Positions 27,254 to 40,600 of a stretch of DNA of 64,000 bases are shown here, one piece after another. The DNA lies in the NCBI GenBank assembly GCA_002269645.1, contig NIVC01002189.1, positions 166,925-230,924 of the forward strand, read 5' to 3'. Numbering within the stretch: the first letter of the stretch is position 1; the number at the start of each line of letters is the position of its first letter. A program made the position numbers and the translations under genes. The stretch comes from Macrostomum lignano. Its lineage: Eukaryota. The notes below the pieces were generated by a model, which saw nothing but the letters and a program-made list of their open reading frames with translations, had not been told where the DNA came from and did no database searches.

Positions 27254-29272
27254 AGAAAAATAGATCCGTGTTCTATTTTTCCTATAAGTGAGTACCTCTG
27301 AATGTCACTTGGGCATTGAACTACCTTATGTACTGTAAAGACGGCGTGGGTTGCACCACAAGACTACTATATTAAATCGTTACTGTTGTCCTCTTTGTGA
27401 TGTTGCACTTTTAACGTTTTAAATACAATCGTTTCGTCTTCGTCTATGGCCAAGCCCGATATCGGACAGAGAATGGGCCGTTTCTTAAGCAGTCTTGCCC
27501 GCAAAGTCAAGCAGGAATAGATTTTACAGTGAATTAATTATATTATTTATTTAGCATCATTCGGTGAATGAGAGCACTACCGCACCTTGCCTGAATTTTG
27601 CGCATTGTTTTATTGAAGAGAATCCTGAGGCTGTTTGCTCGCTCTGTCAATGTATTGACTGAATCGAAGTTGCAACTGCATTTTGCATACTTCGTCAACT
27701 GATTCGTGGTGAAGCATCTGGCGGAAATGAAAACTTCAGTTACGAGTGCAATTTTTTATCCAGATTTCCTACTACTCATAATTCCCATATGAATATGTTT
27801 TACACATACTACGAGCGTACAAATGGCGTTTCAGAGACTGTCAGATACATTAGAATTGATATTTTGCAAATCAGTTTGTTCTCGTTTCAAAGTGCTGTCC
27901 TGTGATTTATTTTTTCATATATAAGTAACGGAGTTATGCACGAGTAGTTTAGCTACATTTTCCCCCTAATGTTTGTTAAATCCCTGTAAGAGCAAAAATG
28001 GCATTCCATCCCTCTAATCTATTTAGCTTGTACTACTCGTGTAATAATCGAATAAATAGCGCATAATATGTTCATTTTTTCTTACGATTATTTCAATACC
28101 TTATAATCGATTTGTGTCAATGTTTTCGCTTTAGTTTTTACAGCAAAATTTGTAGCTAATCGCATATAGGGTTTAGAAATTTGCAAGAATAGGGCTCATA
28201 AAATTATTAGCAAAGTACAAGAACGCCAAAAACGAGGTGAGCTTAGGTCAGAAGTGCGAGCTAAAATAAGTGAAAGTGAAAAGACACGGCGCATAAATGA
28301 AACGATTAGAGGTCAGTAGCGGGGAGTTAAGTCTGATAAGAATCTAACAGCAACCTCCATTCCAGATATCAGGCCAAGCGAGATGACAACATCAGCTGAG
28401 GCACTGGGCAGGGTCAGTCGGTGCGGTGCCAGGCAAGCAAAGACGGCAAGATATCCCGACTGGCGGGTGAGATAAAGCAACGGCTGACAGTCGAGGTCGA
28501 TCGGTGCAGGCGCGCGTGGAATTTGGCCGAGTGGAGAAAGAGAAGCAGCGGCTCACCCGGCACTGATAACCGAAGTGCTGGATCGGTGCGCGGACGTTGC
28601 ACAAAAGAGCAGAAAGTGAACTCCATACTGACCTCCTCTAATCACCTTGTAGCTAAAATAACTGGTACTAAATAAATTTATCTCGCCCTCGTAAGCAATC
28701 CGCTATATTAGTTTATAATGTTAATTGCGTCTGTTTTCTTGGACCCTGCCGTTGCTAACCAAAAGGAAATCTACCCCCTTTAGCGGCAAGGGATAACGTA
28801 TCATGGTATCTATAAAATGGACACAGCCTCGGCCCTTGAGCGGGCAATCTCGCTATATGCTTTGTTCAGTAGTCTCCCAAACACTTGAGTTTTATTATTC
28901 AATTGTGCTAAAGACGCAAAAATACTTTAGCTAAAAGCTAAAATTCATTTAGCTTGCACTGTAAATGCAAAGCTTACTTCTAATAAAATCAAGACAATTA
29001 GCCTTTCGGGTAAGCCAGATAAAGCTGCATGTACGCGGGTTACTCTTATGCAACTTACAGTCGAAAGATAACAACGATAAAACCTACTTGAAATTTAGAC
29101 GAATAAAAATATATAGACGAACCACAGAAAAAATCAGTTTTATAAGTACACAAATATTCTTTTTTCTATGAGTATACTCGCCAAGGAAATACTGGGGGAC
29201 CCAAAAAGAGAAGCAGGACTAGGAATAGGCATCGCATTTTCCAAGCGGGAGACGTGTGTCACTTTTTTGTAT

Positions 29273-29709
29273 GACGGCCGATGTCTATGGTCTAAGACGC
29301 CCGATGTCTATGATCTAAGGCGGCCGATGTCTATGGTCTAAGACGGCCGATGTCTATGATCTAAGGCGGCCGATGTCTATGATCTAAGACCGCCGATGTC
29401 TATGGTCTAAGACGACAGATGTCTATGGTCTAAGGCGGCCGATGTCTATGATCTAAGGCGGCCGATGTCTATGGTCTAAGACGGCCGATGTCTATGATCT
29501 AAGGCGGCCGATGTCTATGGTCTAAGACGGCCGATGTCTATGATCTAAGACGGCGGATGTCTATGATCTAAGGCGGCCGATGTCTATGGTCTAAGACGGC
29601 CGATGTCTATGATCTAAGGCGGCGGATGTCTATGGTCTAAGACGACCGATGTCTATGGTCTAAGACGGCCGATGTCTATGGTCTAAGACGGCCGATGTCT
29701 ATGGTCTAA
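29273..29709. repeat. 23-bp minisatellite, paralogous to 3722-4186
   Basis: Same consensus and same flanks. Confidence 0.95.
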
Positions 29710-30448
29710 ACATAGTGCCAAGAACAGTCGTTTTCTAGCATTCGTGGCTTCGCTATGGTATACACGTTTTATTGTTGCTGAGTTAAATGTACGAGCGTAA
29801 TAAAAAATTACTTTTGCAACTTTTTGACGATACAGCCTTCTCAGCTTGGTTTGGATGGGGTATACGATCGTATATGAAAGATCGTTAATAGATGAGATAG
29901 GTTTCTGACTTAACTTGAAGTGTAACTCAGTGACTCAGCTCGCACCTTCAGAGCGAAAATGAAATTTCTTTAACGTCTTGTAGGCCTTGAACGTCCTTAT
30001 GTATAAAGAAATGGCAATTACGATCTACATGCATGGATAAAACTGGCATCTATGTTTACTCTCCTCAAATTCAAACACAACTAATCGTCCTGTTCCATTA
30101 CAGATTGGGGCGTGTTTCAGTTAGGGAACGCTACAAAAAGCACTGATTCACGTCATGCCCACGGATATCTTGATTAGAAACAATTTCAAAATATTCGCTT
30201 CAAATACCTAATTATCCATGCCACTGGCTAAGAGAGGAACCTTTAAGTCGCCTTTCTGCCTGCGTCTATACCAGTAATTTTTGGTCACTCTGATGTTGAC
30301 CAAATTTCCATTGTTCTGTAGGTATAGGGAACGTCTGTAGTCTAGTCTAGTTTTACACTATTAAATAATGAAGGCCCCAGAGAGGGTCGGGGCAGGACTT
30401 TTCAGCCTACTGGTGCGCTGCATTATCGCTCCTATACACAAAACCTAG

Positions 30449-30756
30449 TAATAATAATAATAATTGATTGCACCTGCCCTAATGCGATGATGTGCAACCG
30501 ACAGCTCAGCCGCAGCTATTGCGCAGCGCATCTGAAGGCTGCGTACGGCTGTTCAGTCCAAGGACTGGGGGTGACGCCACAGACAGCCTCAATAACCCCA
30601 GCTAATGCATTTGCTGACCCATTTTACAGCTGAGTGAACTGAAGCAATGCAGAGTTAAGTGTCTTGCTCAAGGATACAAATTGTTCCGAGTGGGTCGAGA
30701 ATCGAACCTCTGACCTTTCAGTCGTGAGTTCGACGCTTCAACCAGTAGGCTACAAT
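30449..30756 (-). mobile_element. tRNA-derived SINE with CORE-like central block and (ATT)n tail (family 1)
   Basis: Minus strand: TAGCCTACTGG (A box), GGTTCGATTCT (B box), then TCCTTGAGCAAGACACTTAACTCT...CTGTAAAATGGG resembling the MIR/CORE block; tail at 30449-30464. Related copies at 62278-62526 and 40040-40105. Confidence 0.8.
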
Positions 30757-31443
30757 CCCTTTTACACAAAGCCTGCAACGTTGAATAGCGCTAGCAACTA
30801 TTTTATTTTCACAAGAGGCGCGCTAACTTTTCGGCAAGTGGCTCATAATTCGTTTTTTTTCAACATTAAAATACAAGAAAATGTTTGTCAAATGACTATT
30901 ATCATACGAGTATTCTATAGGTTTATCCGTGACTTTTTAGCGCATTGCAATGAAGAATCAATAGTCATTCACTCGACTATTTCAAATTAAAACGGCAAAA
31001 AACCCCGCAAATCAGGGCGATTTCTCGTGTTCATCACAGCTCTGTCACAGCATCTTTGCCTTCGCAAGGTCACTGCAAGCTGGGTGCCTCGCGCCCTGAC
31101 TACAGAGCATGACTCGAGTGTGTTTTGCTTAGCGTTTCATGCATGCAATACAAAAATAGAACTCAATCCTACACAAAACCACTACATACGTTTGTTAAAA
31201 AGATTTTTGTAAATTTTTACCGTAAAACCTTTTTGTCAATTTCGGGCTGGGAGCTTACAATAATTAAGAAATTAACTGTTCAATTTTTTTAAATGCTTTG
31301 TTTAATTTGATTAAAATTGATTTTACTTCTAGTTTTTTGCGGAGTCTAATCAATTTTAACAACCGAGGAGCAATCTGGAAAGTCATAAATACATCAAATC
31401 TAAACTCACAACCGTCTGCACATTTGCAACAGACATTCCAACC

Positions 31444-34078
31444 ATGGCTGCAGGCTTCTACAGAGCCCTGCAGTATCCATCTAAACGTTTAACTCTTTTT
31501 ACAACAATTCTGGTGAGTGTTTTTTGTTAACTAGTTGACAGGAGGGCTTCGGGCACTGGCACAACTCAACGCAGGTGACAGTTGACCCGTGTAGTGATGA
31601 TTTTCTTAGAAATGCACTGGAAGGACTTTCGTTTTTTGTATTGCCAGTGCATTTACACCTTTTTGCGTTCTATTTCGATAAAACTGCGTTCAAGTTCGGC
31701 AAACTGGCTTTCATTTTCGGCATCAGCTATGGCCGCACATCCAAACTGCATTCGAATTCGACAAACTGAGAACAAATTTCGGCAAACTGCATTGTCAAAC
31801 AATTGCGCTTTTGTTTTTACCATAGAAGCGTGCGGCAACGCAATGGGGCATTGCCGCACGCAAAACGGTACGTTTCCGCACGCTTCTATGGTAAAAACAA
31901 AATCGTTAGCCAATGATGTCGACGCACTGCTTTCGAGTGCAGCAACGACCATAGACACTCGTGCGCGGAGTGCGTCATCTCTACATTCAATTTCGCAGCC
32001 AGCGCCTCGTGCCACAGACTGTATTGAATATTGAATATAGAAATTGAATATCAGTTTTGGGTTTAGATGCGTCTATTTCCATAGACAGTTTGTGGCACGA
32101 GGCGCTGGCTGCCGAAATTGAAAATACGATGCCGAAATTGAATGCAGTTTGCCGAATTTGAATGCAGTTTACCGAAATTGGTTTTCGGTTTGTCGAATTC
32201 AAATGCAGTTTGGATGTGCGGCCATAGCTGATGCCGAAAATGAAAGCCAATTTGCCGAAATTGAATGCAGTTTGAGCACAGGCTGTTCAGCTGCCCTGAC
32301 TTTTTCATCTTCAAGAATGTATACATTCTGTGCCCTGAGGGATAGAAGTGAATCGAACAGCAAGCATTCAACAACAGTCAGACGCCACCTCCTGGTTGAG
32401 AGAAGCTTAGTGGATTATATCGCGTTTCCCGATCCACCAGAATGCCATAGATCTTAGTTTGGCAACATTAGTTCAGAACAACTTCAGGACAGTTAAAGCA
32501 GATGTCTTGAACTATAAAAAGGAAGTTGCCTGCTGACCCTCTGTAGAGCCTCACAGCCTCGTATAGTTGAGGACAGAACTTTTACCCAGAAAATCGCGGG
32601 ACATCGACTCCTCAGCCTTTTAGAAATAAAAAAAATGCTGTAAAAGTTACAGAGACGTCACAAGCTAATTACTGAGCACAGCGCACTATTAAAAAGCAGG
32701 CTCATTATTGACCATCTTCGCCGATTGCTGAACCTGAGCTTTCAGATCGCCTGCCCGCTGATTGTCGGCCTTCTTCATTGGCAGCTTCAGCAACGCCAGT
32801 CTCAACCGGGCGGTGCAGCTCCGTTCCGTCGCCTACTGCACCAGGTGTTCACCAGCGAGCTGGTCTATGAGAACTATCGGCCCTTCATCAACAGCTGTCT
32901 ATCGGCTAACCCGGACTTCACCTACGTGCTCTGGCGCAACTCGGACGCGGAGCGCCTGCTGGCAGACAATTTCCCGGACTTGCTGCCAGTGTACAGGGGC
33001 TACGGCAGCGACCTGCAGCGCTCCGATGCGGTCCGATATGCAGCGCTGTATCTCTTCGGGGGTATGCTATTAAGTACACCATTAAGTGCAGTGCAGAAAG
33101 GGTGTGAAATTGGCTACGCCAATTTCAAATCAGTAGACCTCGGGGATTTTATTGTAAATCTGAACGCTCCATACGGCTCCTTATTTCAATCCTCTTTATA
33201 TTAGCTAGACATGATTTTAGAAGACTTTAGAAGACCATATCGGATTCAATGAAGAAAGTAGTCAACCCTATACTGCACAGGTGTCTACCTGGACATGGAT
33301 GTTCAGTGCCTGCAACCGCTGACACCTCTCCTAGACAAGGCCTGGCAGATGTCTGCGGCCCTTCTCGACCAGGAGCGGCCGGAGCAGACTCGGATTGTGT
33401 GGGGCCGCGCCTTCCTGACCATGAACTCCGTCATGGCAGCTCCGCCGCGACACCCGTTTTTCCGGCTGATGGTCCGCGCGCTTCCCGAGCGGAGCGGCGA
33501 AGCCTCCATAGTGCACAGCACCGGGCCGCAGCTGCTCACCAGGAAGTACACCGAGTACTCCCTGGCTGGTAGAAAGCCACCCGTGCTGCTGCTGCCATAC
33601 GTCCTGTTCTCGGCCTGGATGAATCCGAATCGAAATTGGAAGGGGCTCTGCAACCACGAGTGTAAGCAGGTCTAAGATCAGACTAGTTTTGAAGCTTTCT
33701 GTGCGGCCCGCTGTGCATGTAATATTTAAGGTCATTTTAGTTTCAAATGCAGTGACAAAACCATCATCGCTAAGGACAGTGAGCCGCGAGGCGGAAGAAA
33801 CAGTGACCGGCACGCCGGAGGAGGTCGAGATTGACCACTGGCGACGACTGGGCTGCCGACAGTTGGCTGCGAAGCATTGGCAACTGGACGAAGTTAACAT
33901 CAGCCCGGAGGCCGGCCGTGAAGCCAGTCTGGGAGTCCACAGATTTCTACACTTGGGCTACGAGTTCGCGGCTTCTGAACGAATGCGCCGCTTCAACCTC
34001 AGCGAAGCCTTTCCGGGCCGAGTGGTCTTCTACGATAGGATCGCTTCCGTGCTGGAAGACCACCTTGGTGATGGGTGA
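31444..34078 (+). CDS. GT32 glycosyltransferase paralog 3 (diverged); exons 31444-31512, 32746-33061, 33281-33661, 33753-34078
   Basis: MAAGFYRALQYPSKRLTLFTTIL|IACPLIVGLLHW (signal anchor)...RRLLHQVF...QRSDAVRYAALYLFG|GVYLDMDVQC...HPFF...; last exon contains VHRFLHLGY. Phases 0,1,1 as in paralog 2. Confidence 0.85.
31681..32273. mobile_element. Foldback/MITE-like nested inverted repeats in intron 1 of paralog 3
   Basis: Outer arms 31681-31793/32161-32273; inner perfect 27-bp IR spanning 31809-31902; second inner IR 31989-32022/32085-32119. Confidence 0.7.
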
Positions 34079-34650
34079 CACCTGTCGCCAAAATTTGACA
34101 GTCTTTGTGTGGTGCCGGAATGCTGAGCTCATGGCACTGCCAGTGACTAACTAACCGATACGTGCACCGGCAACATGCACACTATTCTCTCCCGTTCTCT
34201 TTGCCCTGTCTGGCAGTATCCCTTAGCTTTCATGTACGTAGTAATTGTCATCACGTGACCTATTTCGTTAGTGATTTATAAGCCCTCTCTCATGTTATCA
34301 TTAAATAGGCTGGTTGCTAAGTGAAACAGATCGAAGAATTTTGTAAACTACACGGCACGACACTTTGATGCGAGTACTATAATTAACAATTAGAGGCTAA
34401 ACGGCGCCAATTCACTGTCAGTTGTTGAACTTCTACGGTCAAAAATTATTTAACAAATGCTAGAATACCCTGTATATTTTAAAACTACAAAATATTATTT
34501 TCGATCATCAAGCAATCTGCAAAACAATTAGTACACTTTCAGTATGCATGCGACGATTCAGTAGCAGTTGCATAAATTTGCTTCTCGCAGAATCTTGCCC
34601 ACTTTTCGTCCAAGCGTACGAGCGTCGCGTGTTCACAAAGCCCAATTATT

Positions 34651-35139
34651 TCACTCCTCCTTAGCTGCAGCATCAACCCTTTTCGAACTGTGCCGAGCCA
34701 TGGCGCCGAGAATGCGCAGATTTGCAGCCAGCAAGAGGCCGTGAACCACAGTCGAGTGCACAAGGTGCCACATCCAGTCGGTGTTGTAGTCGGTCGGCTT
34801 GTGCGAAATCAGCACGACGAGGGGCGCAACCAGCATCGCCAAGGAGCGCAGCTTGCTGCCCAAGGACACGCTGTCTAGAGTGCAGAATCGCAGCAGAATG
34901 GCCACAGCTGACAAAGCCAGCGGGAATCTGCCGATGTAGTTCTCCATGATCTGCGTGGTGTAGGCATGGTACTCAGTGGGCACGTAGGGCTCCACGTGAT
35001 CGCCGAGACCGCCAAACAGACCGGCAATGTAGCAGGCAGCGAAGAAACCAGGCAGAGCAGGCCAGCTCTTGTAGGCGATGATGGCATTGCTGACTAGGTA
35101 CCACAGAGTGCAGGCGTGAAGCCACAGCGGCAGGGCCAT
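34651..35139 (-). CDS. Uncharacterised 162-aa multi-pass membrane protein, single exon
   Basis: ATG-initiated GC-rich ORF in AT-rich surroundings; about five hydrophobic segments; His-rich last helix (WMWHLVHSTVVH). No family recognised. Confidence 0.7.
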   Translation of the reverse strand: MALPLWLHACTLWYLVSNAIIAYKSWPALPGFFAACYIAGLFGGLGDHVEPYVPTEYHAYTTQIMENYIGRFPLALSAVAILLRFCTLDSVSLGSKLRSLAMLVAPLVVLISHKPTDYNTDWMWHLVHSTVVHGLLLAANLRILGAMARHSSKRVDAAAKEE

Positions 35140-37668
35140 GGTTAGCTGTTTTTAGAAAACAGGCTGGTTACTGTGACTGTTGCTCTTGTTCAGGCCACGA
35201 TCGAGACTTACTTTTCTAACCCAGGCAGCCCTTTTATCTGTGCCAACTGAAATGATATGTAAGCTGCAGAAGCATGTTGGTAGAGATCAAAGCGCCTAGC
35301 TTGTACGCATGCAAATGAAAACCTTGTGACGTGCATTATTGTACAGTATCTGACCAGTTTTGCTTTGAATCGCTTGGCCTATATTTTGTATATTTGCATG
35401 AATTCAACTTCAAAAATATTTCAATTTTGAGGTAAACTTGATCATTGATTTATAATCATGACTTTTCTTTGTTTTTCATACAATGTACCATGATCTCTAT
35501 ATGCACGTACATACTCACTGCTCACTGCAACAAAAAACGATTAAAAAAGCGAAAGCAACACCGAATCGATAAAAGTACGTGTAAGCTGGGGGGTACATAT
35601 AAACTCTTGATTTTACATGTATTCAATATACAATTTTTTCGATATCGTAATGCATGTAAGGTCTAATGAGGCCAAATAAAAGTATACTAATCAGATGCTT
35701 TGTTAAATGCTACATGTTCATTTTTCGATTTTCATAGGTTACATGTATAAAAATATGCCCACAGATTTTTTCAAACCCACATGCGCTTCACAGGAAGTCT
35801 TAATTCCTTTTTTGGGATACAATCAAAGTTTCAAGATATCTGTACACATCTATTATACATTCTACTCCAGTATTACACCAGGGGGGACAGGGGGGGCATG
35901 TCCCCCTCCCAGTAAAACCTCTGGGGGCATGCCAATGCTTTGCCCCCCACCCCCACCTTGTGACCCCACCATGTACATGTTGAACTCTTGGCTTTGTCCC
36001 CCCACCATAAAATCCATGGCGACGGCCCCTGGTATTGCACAATAAAAATCCGCCATTTTTTGGTTCGCAAGCAATTTCATGTACATGTAGTAATAAGCTA
36101 TAAACTGAAAGTTGATACCGATCAAAATAGAATCGGAGAGTTCTGATAGTATGCATCACATACGTACGTGGCTAAAAGTATAGATGCACTGCAGTATATC
36201 ATGCAAAATGCAGCATATACATGTATGTTCTAGGTTTGAACTTTTGACAGTATATCAGTTTAGATGAGTTTGTTACAGGACCCCGAGTCAAAGAAAGTAT
36301 ATTCTATTTTACGTCATGTAAAATGCATGTATTCAACTTAACGTTATTCTGAATTGAGAAGAAGACGCAATGTAGCTCGAAGTAATTGTTGAAAAACTAT
36401 AAATTTTAATTTTTAGAACTTTAAATTTTCGAAATAACTTAACTAACATGATAAAATATTGAAAATTTCCACATTTCTTTCGTTTCATTAATATGTAATT
36501 AGACGGATTGGATGGACTGTAGTATATTAAAACAATTTTTACTAGCTCCATTCAAGTGAAGCAAAGAAATTTCTATTTACAAGAAAAAATTTAAAATAAA
36601 AAAATGCATCTTTATTTCCTAAAATCTACTATAGTTTTTACTCTTTATCAATTGCATGGCAGTTTTTCTCACGGCGTCCTCCCACCATTTCAGCTTCAAG
36701 AAAAATCTATATTAAATTTCGTTTGCTTTTTCATGTTACTGTTTTTTTAGAGATACTCCGCATTTGTATTCGATATTATCAGACAAATAAGTTGATTATC
36801 TGGCTGTCGAACTTTTACTTGGATATTGAAACTATCCACCTCGGTTTTTTAGCACTGAAGGTTATGGCTCATGATTTATTGTGCTTCAAAAGTTGTATCT
36901 TTTCCTATGGTTTCTGTGCTCATTAGCTGCAGCTTATATACTTAATAACATTTAAAAGAACAGAATGCATACAACGAGACTACGAGAGTAATTGGATGCT
37001 ATAAGCAAGTTTTAACTTGTAATATTTCTTATTGTTTTTTTGCTATCAAACAGTTTTGACTGGTTAGTGACAGCGACAAAAAACGAATAATTTTAACTAA
37101 AAAATGCTTGTAGCTTTTGGTTGTAGGTACGAATTGGATTAAAAATTAACTGCAATGTATTCAATAAAAATAGATAAGCCGATGCTTTATAAGATTGTCA
37201 AATAAAGCACTGCATGAATAAATGCTACTAATGCACACTAATTTCTATTTTTATTGTCTAAAAATTTAATCAAATTTTTCAAAAATTTTGTAATTTGGTA
37301 TAACTTTAAAAATTATAGTTATATAATTCTTTTAAAGAAATGAAATTTCTTTTCTTTCATGAAATTTCAATACTCATGTACAAAATGAGTAAAATTTAAT
37401 TAAATGTAGCAATAATAATATGTTACTAGCTTAAAGTAGGTAAATGCGCTTGTATATTTTTTATTTAATTATACCAAATTACAAGCTGAGCTAAAAGTAG
37501 TCTTTTTGTGAGAACTCAGCCGAAATAATTCATCTTAAACCGTTTTTGTCCTTCTAAACGAGTGAAAAATTTATGAGGTTTAAAGCCAAATATTCTCACT
37601 CACTTGTGTGGCTAAATTTCAGATCAAATAAATTTTATTCGAAAAAAAGTTGCAACAATGCAATTGTA

Positions 37669-40600
37669 ATGTCTGCAGTGAAGCTAATAAACTTTGAACA
37701 TTTCTACAATGAGCTGGAGGTGCAGGAGCAGATCCCACTTAAAAAGCTGTTGGTGAGTTTGTACGATTTGATTGGCTTTTTATTGTTTGAATGGATGCGG
37801 TCAATGCCTTGTTTTAGCGCAGCGAGTACTTATTATATTTACAATACTTATTTACGCATGTATTGCATATTGACAAGGCTTCCTCTAATAATATTTTGGC
37901 ATTATACCTTCACGCGTGATTATAAAAGCATGCGCACGCAGTCAATCCGCAGAAGTGATTACGGTAGACTCGCCTGACTGGCTTGATTGCAGAATTTGCT
38001 TCTATGAATCAAATTGTACTACTAGAAGTAGTATTGCACTTATCGCTGTAGCATTACAAACGATATGAAGGTTAAATAAAGATATATTGAATATAAGATC
38101 AGATGGTAAAATTAACGATACAGTTTTCACAATAGCAAAGATCCTTGGCGTGGATTCTTAAAAGTTTGCTGGTAATAAACAGGATTGGTACCATAAACCT
38201 GCATGGTACATCAAACCAGCCATAGACAGTCTACCTGGTACAATATCGATGCCACAGACCGTCCAACTTACAATATCAATGTCACAGATAGTCAAACTAG
38301 TACAATATCAATTTCATAGGCATTCTAACTTGTACAATATCAATGTCGTTGACAGTCCAACTGGTACAATATCAATTTCATGGACAGTCCAACTGGTAAC
38401 AATATCGATGCCATAGACAGTCCAACTGGTACAATATCGATGTCATAGACAGTCCAACTGGTACAATATCGATGTCATAGACAGTCCAACTGGTACAATA
38501 TATCAATGCCATAGACAGTCCAACTGGTACAATATATCGAGGTCATAGACAGTCCAACTGTTACAATAATGACGTCATAAAAAGTCTAACGGGTATAATA
38601 AATGTGCCGTGGACATGCTACATTAACGATCCATAAAACCGCCTTACGCAGGCAAAACTACCAACTTGGTTCGGCGAGAAAGGCGTAGAGTTTCACCTTG
38701 ATTTTGACGGCATAGAACAGCTAACTGATGAGGTGTTTCACCTGCTGGAAACATCCGTGCCATACGAGGCCAGAGTCCGAGTTGCTCGAGTCTCCTGCGC
38801 TGGTTGCCGGCACCTTCGGGATGACGGCATGGCTCACCTGGCCCGCGCGTTCCCCCGCCTTCAGCAGCTTAACCTTGACGGCTGCCGGCTGCTCACTGAA
38901 AGAAGTCTGCATTACCTGGGAAAGCACTGTCGAGACCTGAAGTCTGTCAGCATGCTGGGCACCGGACTGACACACTGCGGCTCCAGGCAGCTCGGTTTTC
39001 AAGTTCTGAGCGATCCGGCGTGTCAGTTTATTGACGGTGAGTGCCATTGCTTAAGAGCTACTTAACATGAGCAGCAAAAGTGCATGTAGGACGCTGCTAC
39101 ACTCGCAAGTCGAGCTATAAGTTCCAATTAGGAGGTCGGTTTCGGTAGACTTACACTGTAATAGCTAGACAAAGTGAGGAGAAATCAAATTTGTGCCCGA
39201 GGACAACAGGTCATTTAGGGTGGGCTCAAGCAGGACTCCAGTCCCGAATGATTGTTTCCCAGCTGTTGTGTTAAACATTTGGGCCATGGACTGACAGGTA
39301 GCTTTTATAACGGGCTCTGCACGGAAAAAATCGACTATTAACTAGAATATATGCATAGGGAAAAGTTCTCTTAGAATTTTTGCTGCTGTGCCTGTTGTAA
39401 CTGGGCATCGGATCAAATGTAGCTGCCCTTGGTAACGTGCATCATATCAGATTACTTATAGAGTTGGGACTATCTATGGAGAGCATTGATCAGACAGGAA
39501 AATGTTATGTTGTTTGTAAACGAACATGATGATGTCAGTTTACTTTGTTAGTTCGCAGTGGGGGCTTTGGGAACTGCCGAAAATCAAGGCGAAATTTGAC
39601 TACTTTTTTTACCAAGAACCCACTTGCTGTCCCCCCACACGCCAGGACCGGTGTCCACCACCGCTCGCCTACCAGTGAAGCTGGCCATCATCTGCGACCC
39701 GGCCGTAACCGTCAGCATTGGCGCCCTGGCTCTACCAGGCGCGGTGGGCGGAGCTCAGCCATCTTCCAGCTCCAAGTCGAGGCCGTCGTCCTCAAAATCG
39801 GCGGTAACGTCGTCTGTGCAGCCCCCGCCGACTTTTCAAGCGCTCTCAGCCACTGTTGGCGACCTGGACCTGACTGTGTTCGAGATGCGCGCAGACCTAG
39901 TAAATGCACTGGTCAAGTGAAAGGAGTGATAAACTGGGTGAAGTGAATTCAAGCGTGTTTTGATAGCCTTGCGTGTGCCGATCCCACGAGCAAGCACGGA
40001 CTGGGGGGGGGGGGTCGCCACACACACACCCCTCTCGATTACCCCAGCTAATGCTGGCACACATTTTACAGCTGGGTGAACTGAAGAAATGCAGAGTTAA
40101 GTGTCAAAACCTAATTCAAAACCTTGTCAAATCTATGAATTTGTTTAAATAGTTTAGCCTGTGCTTGACCATAGGCATCGCAGATGAGGACGATTTTCAA
40201 ATGTTTAGAATAGTACTTAGTCCCCAATTACTTTTCGCCAAACCCCTTGCTCAGGTGTACAGCTCGCTGTTCATGTCCAACACAGCCGGTTTCGTGCTGG
40301 TAGTGGATGCGGAGCGCACAGAGAATCCCCAGCTAGAAATTATGCGAATGATTGACGCAGTTCGTGGAGCGGTGAGTCTGACAGATCTGTCCATTTAATG
40401 TGCGCTCGTAGGTATTTCACCTTCATTAATCGTCACGCGCCTCGCCGTCGCAGGTGTTCGAAGCGCCGCTGCTTCTAGTCGCTACGGTGAGCAGCCAGAA
40501 AGGGGTTGAGAATGTTGCCTCGCTGAAATCCGACCTGGAAAACATGCTCAGGGATCAGGTAGACAACATGAAGGAGCACTTGGAGAAGGAGCACTTAAAT

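Noticed and set aside
28380-28675. GC-rich patch with short ORFs, inserted relative to duplication copy A
   Set aside because: No domain or terminal structure recognised; probably a repeat fragment.
30690-30756. tRNA gene candidates here, at 62460-62526 and at 43781-43840
   Set aside because: A/B boxes are present but no full cloverleaf; they continue into SINE bodies.
35870-36035. GC-rich island with short imperfect inverted ends (CCAGGGG/CCCCTGG), MITE-like
   Set aside because: Terminal repeat is only about 7-9 bp and no TSD was found; too weak without other copies.
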